From contig NC_085846.1 of assembly GCF_035594765.1 (NCBI RefSeq), forward strand, positions 10,093,190 through 10,157,189: a stretch of 64,000 bases of DNA, read 5' to 3'. Origin of the DNA: Anolis carolinensis. Lineage: Eukaryota. Positions 33,801-45,800 of this stretch are shown in pieces; within the stretch, counting starts at the first letter, position 1, and every line of letters starts with the position of its first letter. A program made the position numbers and the translations under genes. The notes beneath the pieces are model-generated. The model was not told the DNA's origin. It made no database searches and was given only the letters and a program-made list of their open reading frames with translations.

Positions 33801-36800
33801 GGAATCATCCTTTCCCTGTGCTGATCATCCCTGTGTCACTGCCAACACTCTTTGTTGTCCATGGAGTTCCCTGGCCATTGTGATCATGCCCAGTGTACAT
33901 GTGACCTAAGCCCCCTAGCTCATGAGCTCATAATAAAGTATATCACGTGAGAAGTCATTTCACTACCTGAACAAAACTTTTATGCCACTGGATTATCTCC
34001 TCATTAATGGTGAACTCTTTGCCAGGAGGAGCATGTGGATCCAGGCTTCCCACCTTGTTGCCAATATAGGAGTTGTTGGGGAAAGTGACTAAGTTTGTAA
34101 TAGCAAACCCAGCTGCTAATTCTCCATGTTCATTAAAAGTAACTTCATCTCCAGCATTATTGTTGAATGAAATCCTTTGAATCAATGAGTGAAGCTAAGT
34201 GGAAAGAGAAAGCAATTCACACAACTTACATTAGAAGGGCTTTGGAGTCATTATGCTAAATTTCGATGCCTATTTTCCTAGGGTCCCATTCTGAAGTGCA
34301 ATAACAATTGTATTTCAGTAAACCACATTATCACAATCTGGGTTGTCTGGTGTCTTACAACCTCATTATACGGGGCTAAAATTGGTGGCATATGCCAATC
34401 TAGCCCTGGTTACCGATGGAGCCAGCTGGCTCCCTTCAGACAACATTGTGCCGGCTCCGTGGGTGAAGGAAGGTGGAACTAGTGTGCTGCTGCCACTGCA
34501 GCAACACAGAAAGCTTCCTGAGTTGCTGTTGACTTTAATAGGGGAAAGCTGCGCACTCCAGTCATTCATCACATTTTCTCCATGGAATCAGCTGCTGGAG
34601 GAGCAAGGTGATGCGGGGCATGGGGTGGCAGCTTCCACATGCCCTATGGCAAAATGGAATGACGTGGGACACTTTTGGTGGCCATGTGACAATGTTCTAA
34701 GACTGGTAGAACTTCAAATAAACAAGGCTTATCTGAAAAGTAAGGTTACGAGGCACGTACCCTCATGGGCAATTTTCGCGGGAAGGTTGGTATCACCACC
34801 GTGTAGTGGGAAGCCAGTGGAAGTAAATGAGCAGTGCCAGTTGTCAGTGGCTCATCATCTGGCATTGTAGTGAAGGTAAGAGATGAGTGTCCTCATTCCG
34901 TTTTCCTCCAAGTGCGAAGTTCACGCTGTTATATACTACCTAAATGCTAAGGACATGAATGCTGTTAAGATTCATTGCGAAATCGTTTCAGTTTATGGAG
35001 AGGATGTAATGTCAAGACAGTATGTGCAAAATGTGTACGGAATTTCAATTTCGGAAGGACGGAAAATCATGATGAAGACAGAAGTGGACGACTGTCCATT
35101 GTGACTGATGATGTGGTGCAGAAAATTGACGAAAATCTCTCTGATTGCCATTCAACAATTGATGACCTGCGTGAACTTTGTCCAAACATTTCAGGAACTG
35201 TTCTTCATGAAATTGTAACTAATCGACTGAAATATTGAAGATTTTCTTCAATTTTCTGCACCATGTCAGAATTTCGCAATGAATCGCAGCGGCATTCATG
35301 CTTTTATCATTTAGGTAGCATATTATAGCGCGAACTTCATGCTTGGAGGGAAACAGAATGAGGACGCTCATCTCTAACCTTCACCACAATGCCGGTCAAT
35401 GAGCTACTGACGGTTAACACTGCTTGTTCGCTAACGCTGGCTTCCCGCTACATGAAAGTGATACCAACTTCCCCTGTGAAAATTCCCTATGTGCGCTACC
35501 TTACTTTTCGGATAACCATTGTATTTACTTGATTAAGTATAAAATGAGATACTTACAGTAATTGTTAGAATATTATAAAATATATCAGAGTTGGAACTGA
35601 TATATTTTGAGTAACTTTGACTCCATTACTTTGGCACCACATCCTGGGTTATAAGAAGACTAATTGACTACATTAAAGCTACTCTGTTCTGAATATCTTG
35701 TGGTTGACATGCATTGCTGAAAAAGCTGATTACACTATGTAACACAATTATTGTTCCTGAGTTACAAATGTAATTTCCTAATTGATTCTTTCATAAACAC
35801 ATGGAAAAATGTTATTAAACTGCAAAAACGTTGTTTTTGAGGGGAAATTATGCAGCACATTTAGCTATAACTTTTCCATGAATATCACATAGACTCTCAG
35901 TCTCTATCAATTCAACATAGTTTGTGCAGCCACAAAAACAAAGTCTCTGGTGTATAACAGCTACTGATAAAATAAGGACCACACAATTAAACAGAAAATT
36001 ACATTTTCAAGTTGTGTTACACAGTATTATTCTTGGTAAAGCTGAAAGTGACAGGAAAAGAGGAAGACATTAAAATGGCTCAAATTCATAAAAGAAGCGA
36101 TACAAAACTTCCACAAAGGTCCTTAAAGAAAATATACAGCAAAGTTACGATATCATGGTTGCAATATCTTGAAAGTTATGGAAGATGATGAGACAAGACA
36201 ATGGCACCATTTACACAGCCATATAACGGTCAGTATAGACTCCTATAAAGTTATCTTCATTAAACTGTATTTGATGAGTCCATACTGATCATCTAATGCA
36301 GTTTCAAACTGTATTGCATGGCAGTGTAGATGGGCCCAAAATTATGCTGACGTCTTAGAGAATTACGGAGGCAAATATTTTGATGACCACTACATATCAA
36401 ACATCAAATGGAACATAAGTTTTGGCAACAGATGTTTTCAGTAAACTATTACCTTCCAAATCTGCAGGTGAGGGGCCAATATGCTTGGATTTTCCTTTGC
36501 TCTGGCATGAAGTCTTAGTTTAGATGAAGCCATGATATGGAAGGCATGCGCAAGAGCATACACAGCGTTATAGATGCTGTAGCTGTGGCCAGTCATTCTC
36601 ATTTCAAAAAAGGGAGCCGGAAGGCTCTCTAGTTTCTCCTCCCTGGTGCAGGGTCCGAGGAATCCTGTTGGATCACCGTATGGTGGAATGAAACAGTCAA
36701 AGCTTTGTTCCCAGAACTCTTTAATGAAACCGTTTCCTTCTTCATCAGAAGGGTGGATAGCCTGAAGGTATTCCTGGAAACCTTCAATGTCCCTTGACTG

Positions 36801-39800
36801 CAGCGCAAAAGAGATGGCACCATGGATTGCTTGCATATTGAACGCCTTTTGAATGATGTGTAAAGCAACATCAATTTGTGCGGTCATGATCCACACTTTC
36901 ACAGCAAAGCTCATGTCATCTACAGCAATGAACATATTTGCAGAGAGAAAAAAGGTCAGCCATGTGAACAATCCCACTTCCCCATATAGGATCATCACGT
37001 TTTCTTTGCCATTCACGAAGGTATCTACATTATTGAAGAAACCTTCAAACATTTCATGAAAACCTATATTTTTTGGAAAAATGACTTTAGAAGCAATACA
37101 GATTCCATTCTGCAAAAACATTGGCTCCAGAGTTGACAAGAAATGCTCCCCGCTTTTTGTTTCCTTTGTAATGATCCCTACCCATTTCCATTCAAAATAC
37201 AGAAGGAGTTGGACAATTCCCCAGATCTGATAATCCTCGTTGGGGACCATGCGATAAAAGAAAGGGTCATCTGTTTGGTCAATCGTCCTTGGCTCAAATG
37301 AACCATAAGAAACCTACATGAATAAATAAAGAAATAGTGCAGACAATGGAACAAGGGTACTCATTTACTTCCTTTTTTGTTTTTCCTACCTTTTATTCCA
37401 GAATGATTCCAATATCGGCCTATTAGTTAATGCGGTATAGCTGTATAATATAGTTCATCTTCTAAGCACTAAAACTTTCCATTACAATGTTAATAAAGCA
37501 ATATATAAACTTGTGTATACACCCAGTGCTGCCCGGGTTTCCTTCCCCCTTTCAGGCACTGCCTGACTTACCGGGCGGAGAGGTTGTGGCATCTGGGCGC
37601 CCTCCTGGCCGTCATGGCACCAGAGGGGGCTCCTTCTTCCCAGAAGCCCCCTCAGTGGCAGAAGAATTTCCTGCCGGCTACACGGCAGGCAAACCAGAGG
37701 CAGCCCCTGCTCGCTCCCTAATTGGCAGGGCCAGGCTGTCCCTTGCAAGTTCAGGCAGCCTTAAAATGCTGCGAAAGGCCACTCCTGGCAGCGCAGCTTT
37801 CCTGTGTGTCGAGGAGGATCAGGGCAGCAGCAACCAGCGGCAAGCACTGGCAGCAGGGTGAAGTAGGCCTACTGTCTCCCACGAGTGACTCCCCCTCCCC
37901 CTCCTCTCTATCCAGGGCCAGTTTCTTTGCAGTCGCGCCACTTCTTCTTCAAGCGGCTCCATTTCTCCCTTCCCCCCTGCCAGGGCAGGTTACGTCACAG
38001 GGGCCTGTTACTTTGTGGCCTTGCCACTTTTTCCTTCACTGTCTTTTCTATTTAGGGTCTGTCCTTTGTGGCCGACACCCTCCCGCTTCCCTGGGCCTTG
38101 TCCTGGATTCAGCCTCATAGAATCATAGAATCATAGAATAGTAGAGTTGGAAGAGACCACATGGGCCATCCAGTCCAACCCCCTGCCAAGAAGCAGGAAA
38201 TCGCATTCAAAGCACCCCCAACAGATGGCCATCCAGCCGCTGCTTAAAAGCCTCCAAGGAAGGAGCCTCCACCACGGCCCCGGGGAGAGAGTTCCACTGT
38301 CGAACAGCTCTCACAGTAGAATCATAGAATCATAGAATCATAGAATAGTAGAGTTGGAAGAGACCTCAAGGGCCATCTAGTCCAACCCCCCGCTAAGAAG
38401 CAGGAAATCGCATTCAAAGCACCCCCGACAGATGGCCATCCAGCCTCTGCTTAAAAGCCTCCAAAGAAGGAGCCTCCACCACGGCCCGGGGGAGAGAGTT
38501 CCACTGCCGAACAGCCCTCACAGTGAGGAAGTTCTTCCTGATGTTCAGGTGGAATCTCCTTTCCTGTAGTTTGAAGCCATTGTTCCATGTCCTAGTCTGC
38601 AGGGCAGCAGAAAATAAGCTTGCTCCCTCCTCCCTATGACTTCCCCTCACATATTTGTACATGGCTATCATGTCTCCTCTCAGCCTTCTCTTCTGCAGGC
38701 TAAACATGCCCAGCTCTTTAAGCCTCTCCTCATAGGGCTTGTTCTCCAGACCCTTAATCATTTTAGTTGCCCTCCTCTGGACGCTTTCCAGCTTGTCAGC
38801 ATCTCCCTTCATCTGCGGTGCCCAAAACTGGACACAGTATTCCAGGTGTGGTCTGACCAAGGCAGAATAGAGGGGGAGCATGACTTCCCTGGATCTAGAC
38901 GTTATTCCCCTATTGATGCAGGCCAAAATCCCATTGGCTTTTTTAGCTGCCGCATCACATTGTTGGCTCATGTTTAACTTGTTGTCCACTAGGACTCCAA
39001 GATCTTTTTCGCACACACTGCTGTCAAGCCAGGCGTCCCCCATTCTGTATCTTTGATTTCCATTTTTTCTGCCGAAGTGAAGTATCTTGCATTTGTCCCT
39101 GTTGAACTTCATTTTGTTAGTTTCGGCCCATCTCTCTAGTCTGTCAAGATCGTTTTGAATTCTGCTCCTGTCTTCTGGAGTGTTAGCTATCCCTCCGAGT
39201 TTGGTGTCATCTGCAAACTTGATGATCGTGCCTTCTAACCCTTCGTCTAAGTCGTTAATAAAGATGTTGAACAGAACCGGGCCCAGGACGGAGCCCTGCG
39301 GCACTCCACTTGTCACTTCTTTCCATGATGAAGACGACGCATTGGTGAGCACCCTTTGGGTTCGTTCGCTTAGCCAATTACAGATCCACCTAACCGTAGT
39401 TTTGTCTAGCCCACATTTTACTAGTTTGTTTGCCAGAAGGTCGTGGGGGACTTTGTCGAAGGCCTTACTGAAATCTAGATATGCTACATCCACGGCATTC
39501 CCTGTATCGACCCAACTCGTAACTCTATCGAAAAAAGAGATCAGATTAGTCTGGCATGACTTGTTTTTGGTAAATCCGTGTTGACTATTAGCAATGACCG
39601 CATTTGTTTCTAAGTGTTTGCAGACCACTTCCTTAATGATCTTTTCCAGAATCTTGCCTGGTATTGATGTGAGGCTGACCGGACGGTAATTGTTTGGGTC
39701 GTTCTTTTTTCCCTTCTTGAAGATAGGGACCACATTCGCCCTCCTCCAATCTGCTGGGACTTCTCCTGTTCTCCAAGAACTCTCGAAGATGATTGCCAGT

Positions 39801-42800
39801 GGTTCTGAAATAACTTCCGCTAGTTCCTTCAATACTCTTGGATGTAGCTGATCTGGCCCTGGGGACTTGAATTCGTTTAGAGTGGCCAGGTGTTCCTGGA
39901 CAACTTGGTTCCCTATTTGGGGTTGGATTTCCCCCAATCCTTTGTCCATTCCATGTTGCTGAGGTTGAAGATGGCTTTCTTTTTGTGAGAAGACCGAGGC
40001 AAAGAAGGCATTAAGCAGTTCTGCCTTTTCCCTATCCCCTGTCACCATCACCCCATCTACTCCTTGCAGTGGCCCTATCGCCTCCTTTTTCTTCCTTTTT
40101 CTACCAACATAAGCAAAAAAACCTTTTTTGTTGTTTTTTATGTCCCTGGCAAGCCTGAGCTCATTTTGCGCTTTAGCCTTGCGAACCTTTTCCCTACACG
40201 AGTTGGCTATACGTTTGAATTCTTCTTTGGTGATTTCTCCCCTTTTCCACTTCTTGTGCATGTCACTTTTGAGCTTTAGCTCAGTTAGAAGTTCTTTGGA
40301 CATCCATTCTGGCTTCTTTGCACTTGTCTTATTTTTCTTCTTTGTTGGCACTGTTTGCATTTGCGCCTTGAGTATTTCACTTTTGAAAAACTCCCATCCA
40401 TCCTTAACTCCCTTGTTTTTTAATATCGGCGTCCATGGAATGCCGCTCAGTAATTCCTTCATTTTTTGGAAGTCAGCTCTCTTAAAGTCCAGAATGCGTG
40501 TTTGACTTGTCTTAGTTTCAGCATTCCTTTGTATTGCAAACTGCAGGAGCACATGGTCACTTGCCCCTAAGGATCCAACCACTTCAACTGTATTGATCAG
40601 GTCTTCCACATTTGTTAAGATTAGATCAAGAGTTGCTGATCCCCTTGTTGCCTCTTCTACCTTCTGGACCATAAAATTATCTGCAAGGCAAGTGAGGAAT
40701 TTGTTGGACTTTGTACTCTTGGCTGAGTTTGTTTTCCAGCAGATATCGGGATAATTGAAATCGCCCATGACTACTATATCTCTTCTTTGTGCCTGTTTGG
40801 TCAGCTGTTGACAGAAGGCTTCATCAAGTCCTTCATCCTGACTCGGAGGTCTGTAGTAGACACCCACGACAAGATCTTTTTGAGTCCCGGTTCCCTTGAT
40901 TCTTATCCAGATGCTTTCAAGCTGGTTTCCCGGATTACAGTCTTGCATTTCTTCTGCAACGTAACTGTTTTTGACATATAAAGCTACTCCCCCTCCTCTC
41001 CCCTTTGTTCTATTTATGTGAAAGAGGTTATAGCCCTCAATGGTTAAATTCCAGTGATGGGAGTCATCCCACCAGGTTTCAGTGATGCCTATGACATCGT
41101 ATGTGTGGTGCTGTGCTAGGAGTTGGAGTTCGTCTTGCTTATTTCCCATGCTCTGAGCATTAGTGTAAAGACATGTAAGCCCCTGTGACCTCCCCTCGAA
41201 CTGTTTATTTGGGATTATTGTGCTCTCTGTACTTGGTCCTTGCTGTGTTTGTGCAGCCCTCCGTTTAGCCTTACGGCGGTTCCCTGTGGTCGTGGGTAAT
41301 ATAGTGTTCGCCAGGCTGTTGTTCCCCTCCCCCAGTGGATTTAGTTTAAAGTGCGCCTGATGAGGTTTGTGAGTCTGTGTGCAAAAAGATGTTTTCCTAC
41401 TTGTGTGAGATGCACCCCATCGCTTGCCAGTAGTCCATCCTCTTGGAAGAGTAGACCATGGTCAAGGAAGCCAAAATGCTCCTCTTGACACCATTTTCTG
41501 AGCCAGTTATTGACCTGTACTATTTTTCCGGCCCTTGTAGAGCCATGTCCTACAACGGGGAGGAGGGATGAAAAGATCACATGTACATTATACAGTTTTA
41601 GCTTTGTTCCCAGAGCTCGAAAATCATTTGTGATCTTTTGAAAAGTATGCCTAGCGGTGTCATTGGTACCTACATGAATCAACATAAGGTGGGGAGGGTG
41701 ATGGGGCTTTAGGAGCCTGCTGAGCCTCTGAGTGATATGGTGTATTTTTGCCCCCGGGAGGCAGCATGTTTCTCGAGCCATCCCATCCGGTCTGGAAATG
41801 ATGGCTTCCGTTCCTCTAAGGAGGGAGTCCCCTACTACCAAGACCTGTTTCCTTTGAGGATTGACAGGGTCCCTTTTGTGCAAGACAGTGTGTATGTCCC
41901 CTGAAGAGTGTTCCTGTTGAAGTGAATCATGTAGGTGTAAAGTGTTGTCCTCCTCCTCAACATCCCCAGTGCATTCATCAATGACAATCCATTGAGATAC
42001 ATCCGAGAGCCCATTACTCTCCCAAGGATGTTCCTGTTGCTCCTGGTCTATGATTGGGGATGGAGCATTTGCATGATTACATAAGTGTGACTGTGGTGAT
42101 GCACTGTCCCCGTCAGGGCTATCCCCTGCGCATTGATCCAGGATGGTCCACTGAGTGGTATCTAAGAAACTGTGGTCCTCCACAAGATGTGTTTCCTGAT
42201 TGTATGTTAATGATGTAAGAATTTCAAATCTGTTGTGTAAATGCAGCTGAGCAGAGGAGTTCTGCGGAGGCTGCCTGGTCCTGCGTCTCCTTCTATGGGT
42301 GACCTCCTTCCAAGCCTGAGGGTTGTCTACCTTTGAGTTGATCTCCCCATAAGGTTCCTGATCATGGTCTTGGTGGTGTTGGTGTGATGCAGGCTGCTGA
42401 TCTACAGCAGCGTGTTGTGCAGTGTCCAAGAAGAGCTCGAGTGCCTGAATGTCCTTAAGGGTCTTAATACGGTGCTCGAGCTGTTGGATCCTCTGCTCCA
42501 TCAGAGTCATCTGTTTGCATTTGGAGCAGATGTAGTTGTCTAGTTTTTGTGTGAAAAAGCGGAACATGCCACAGCTGGTGCATGTGATGGGAATGTTTTG
42601 CTTTTGTTGCATCTCTTGGTGAGCGTGGTGGCCAAGTGGGATCTTTGTACAGTTAAGTAATATGCACGCACTTTATGTGCAGACTGCAACAAACCACGTC
42701 TTTGTGTATTTGTTTATGTTGCTTTGTTTCCTGTATGTACTGCAAAGGATAGTTAGTAAGTTCAGTGAGGAAGTTCTTCCTGATGTTCAGGTGGAATCTC

Positions 42801-45800
42801 CTTTCCTGTAGTTTGAAGCCATTGTTCCGTGTCCTAGTCTGCAGGGCAGCAGAAAACAAGCTTGCTCCCTCTTCCCTATGACTTCCCTTCACGTATTTGT
42901 ACATGGCTATCATGTCTCCTCTCAGCCTTCTCTTCTGCAGGCTAAACATGCCCAGCTCTTTAAGCCGCTCCTCATAGGGCTTGTTCTCCAGACCCTTAAT
43001 CATTTTAGTCGCCCTCCTCTGGACGCTTTCCAGCTTGTCAACATCTCCCTTCAACTGTGGTGCCCAAAATTGGACACAGTATTCCAGGTGTGGTCTGACC
43101 AAGGCAGAATAGAGGGGGAGCATAACTTCCCTGGATCTAGACGCTATTCCCCTATTGATGCAGGCCAGAATCCCATTGGCTTTTTTAGCAGCTGCATCAC
43201 ATTGTTGGCTCATGTTTAACTTGTTGTCCACGAGGACTCCAAGGTCTTTTTCGCACACACTGCTGTCAAGCCAGGCGTCCCCCATTCTGTATCTTTGATT
43301 TCCATTTTTTCTGCCGAAGTGAAGTATCTTGCATTTGTCCCTGTTGAACTTCATTTTGTTAGTTTTGGCCCATCTCTCTAGTCTGTCAAGATCGTTTTGA
43401 ATTCTGCTCCTGTCTTCTGGACTGTTAGCTATCCCTCCCAGTTTTGTGTCGTCTGCAAACTTGATGATCGTGCCTTCTAACCCTTCGTCTAAGTCGTTAA
43501 TAAAGATGTTGAACAGAACCGGGCCCAGGACGGAGCCCTGCGGCACTCCACTTGTCACTTCTTTCCATGATGAAGACGACGCATTGGTGAGCACCCTTTG
43601 GGTTCGTTCGCTTAGCCAATTACAGTTCCACCTAACCGTAGTTTTGTCTAGCCCACATTTTACTAGTTTGTTTGCCAGAAGGTCGTGGGGGACTTTGTCG
43701 AAGGCCTTACTGAAATCCAGGTACGCTACATCCACAGCATTCCCTGTATCGACCCAACTCGTAACTCTATCGAAAAAAGAGATCAGATTACTCTGGCATG
43801 ACTTGTTTTTGGTAAATCCGTGTTGACTATTAGCAATGACCGCATTTGTTTCTAAGTGTTCGCAGACCACTTCCTTAATGATCTTTTCCAGAATTTTGCC
43901 TGGTATTGATGTGAGGCTGACCGGACGGTAATTGTTTGGGTCGTTCTTTTTTCCCTTCTTGAAGATAGGGACCACATTCGCCCTCCTCCAATCTGCTGGG
44001 ACTTCTCCCGTTCTCCAAGAACTCTCGAAGATAATTGCCAGTGGTTCTGAAATAACTTCCGCTAGTTCCTTCAGTACTCTTGGGTGTAGCTGATCTGGCC
44101 CTGGGGACTTGAATTCGTTTAGAGAGCCCAAGTGTTCCTGGACAACTTGTTTCCCTATTTGGGGTTGGATTTCCCCCAATCCTTCGTCCATTCCGTGTTG
44201 CTGAGGTTGAAGATGGCTTTCTTTTTCTGAGAAGACCGAGGCAAAGAAGGCATTAAGTAGTTCTGCCTTTTCCCTGTCCCCTGTCGCCATCACCCCATCT
44301 TCTCCCTGCAATGGCCCTATCGCCTCCTTTTTCTTCCTTTTTCTACCAACGTAAGCAAAAAAGCCTTTTTTTGTTGTTTTTTATGTCCCTGGCAAGCCTG
44401 AGCTCATTTTGCGCTTTAGCCTTGTGAACCTTTTCCCTACACGAGTTGGCTATACGTTTGAATTCTTCTTTGGTGATTTCTCCCCTTTTCCACTTCTTGT
44501 GCATGTCACTTTTGAGCTTTAGCTCAGTTAGAAGTTCTTTGGACATCCATTCTGGCTTCTTTGCACTTGTCTTATTTTTCTTCTTTGTTGGCACTGTTTG
44601 CATTTGCGCCTTGAGTATTTCACTTTTGAAAAACTCCCATCCATCCTTAACTCCCTTGTTTTTTAATATCGGCGTCCATGGAATGCCGCTCAGTAATTCC
44701 TTCATTTTTTGGAAGTCAGCTCTCTTAAAGTCCAGAATGCGTGTTTGACTTGTCTTAGTTTCAGCATTCCTTTGTATTGCAAACTGCAGGAGCACATGGT
44801 CACTTGCCCCTAAGGATCCAACCACTTCAACTGTATTGATCAGGTCTTCCACATTTGTTAAGATTAGATCAAGAGTTGCTGATCCCCTTGTTGCCTCTTC
44901 TACCTTCTGGACCATAAAATTATCTGCAAGGCAAGTGAGGAATTTGTTGGACTTTGTACTCTTGGCTGAGTTTGCTTTCCAGTCCTCCGGTCGGTCCTGG
45001 CAGTCCATGGCCAGGGCTTGCTGCTTCCTCTTCCCACACAGCCTGGCTGCCTCTCTAGGCCTCACCTAGCTCTCAGGCCCTTTTTCTGGAAGGCATTCAT
45101 AACTTCTGGGTCTGAAAGGGCTGTGAGGCACCTGGCTGCTTACCACAATTCATGTTAATGTGGCCTCCAGCACAGTACTCGCACGCATGGTTATACCGGC
45201 AGTGGGCACGCTGGTATTTCCCCATGTTGTACTCTCAGTACGCAGTGCGCCTTGTCTTCTTTCTGCCCCACCCTCGTTCTGAGTGCCCTTTACCTTTTAT
45301 GCTGGGCCCCACCGCAATGAGCCAGATGTTATGGTTGGTGAGGTCTCACCTGGCCCTGGTGCTCTGTGATGACCTTTTGCAAAAGGCTGTGTCATAGGCA
45401 ATGACAGCTGCCTCACCTGCTAGTTTCCTGGCCTTCATGATGTAAATGAGGTGGTTGGCGAGGTGCCAACCTCACTCGCCACCACCCCCATGAAGACTGA
45501 GTAACCAGCCATCCAGTTAACAAAGGTTTGCTCAGCGGGCTTGCTGCTGTTCCCAGCCCGGCTCCAAATAGGAAGCAGGTTCGCCAACAGAGCCGCTGCA
45601 GGTGTGGGTAAGCGAGCCTCCAGCCAGCCATCTTTCCCTTGCCCTCACCCCAGTCAAGCTGCCTCCTGGCTCAAGGCCTACCCTGTCAAGGTGGCAACTA
45701 CCTTCCTGCAGAAAGGCTTCTCTTCAGGCTTCCATATTCCTGTAGTGGGACCCCTGCAGGGCCTTTGTTTTGGGCAATTTAAAATTGGCCGCTCAGTTAC

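Larger units (their letters stand above)
38318..42762 (-). mobile_element. CR1-B: near full-length CR1 LINE with intact ORF1 and ORF2
   Basis: 4-bp duplication cagt (38314-38317 / 42763-42766); octamer tail; ~150-bp 5' leader; two uninterrupted ORFs. Confidence 0.95.
38115..44973 (-). mobile_element. CR1-A: 5'-truncated CR1 LINE (38115-38317 + 42763-44973), split by CR1-B
   Basis: (ATTCTATG)n tail at 38115; ORF2 pieces 42653..44311 and 44343..45065 nearly identical to CR1-B ORF2; extra base in the T-run at ~44366 causes a frameshift. Confidence 0.92.

Noticed and set aside
34343-34870. 175-aa + strand ORF in V2R-3 intron 3
   Set aside because: No ATG start and no recognisable domain; it runs across an unclassified insertion, host intron and the mariner TIR.
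42653-44311. 552-aa RT ORF with a novel C-terminus as a separate or domesticated gene
   Set aside because: It is the frameshifted CR1-A ORF2 reading into the 5' leader of the inserted CR1-B.
44343-45065. 240-aa ORF with a unique N-terminus ([10 protein letters not shown]...)
   Set aside because: Chance fusion of antisense DIRS sequence to the CR1-A truncation point; it ends at a frameshift.
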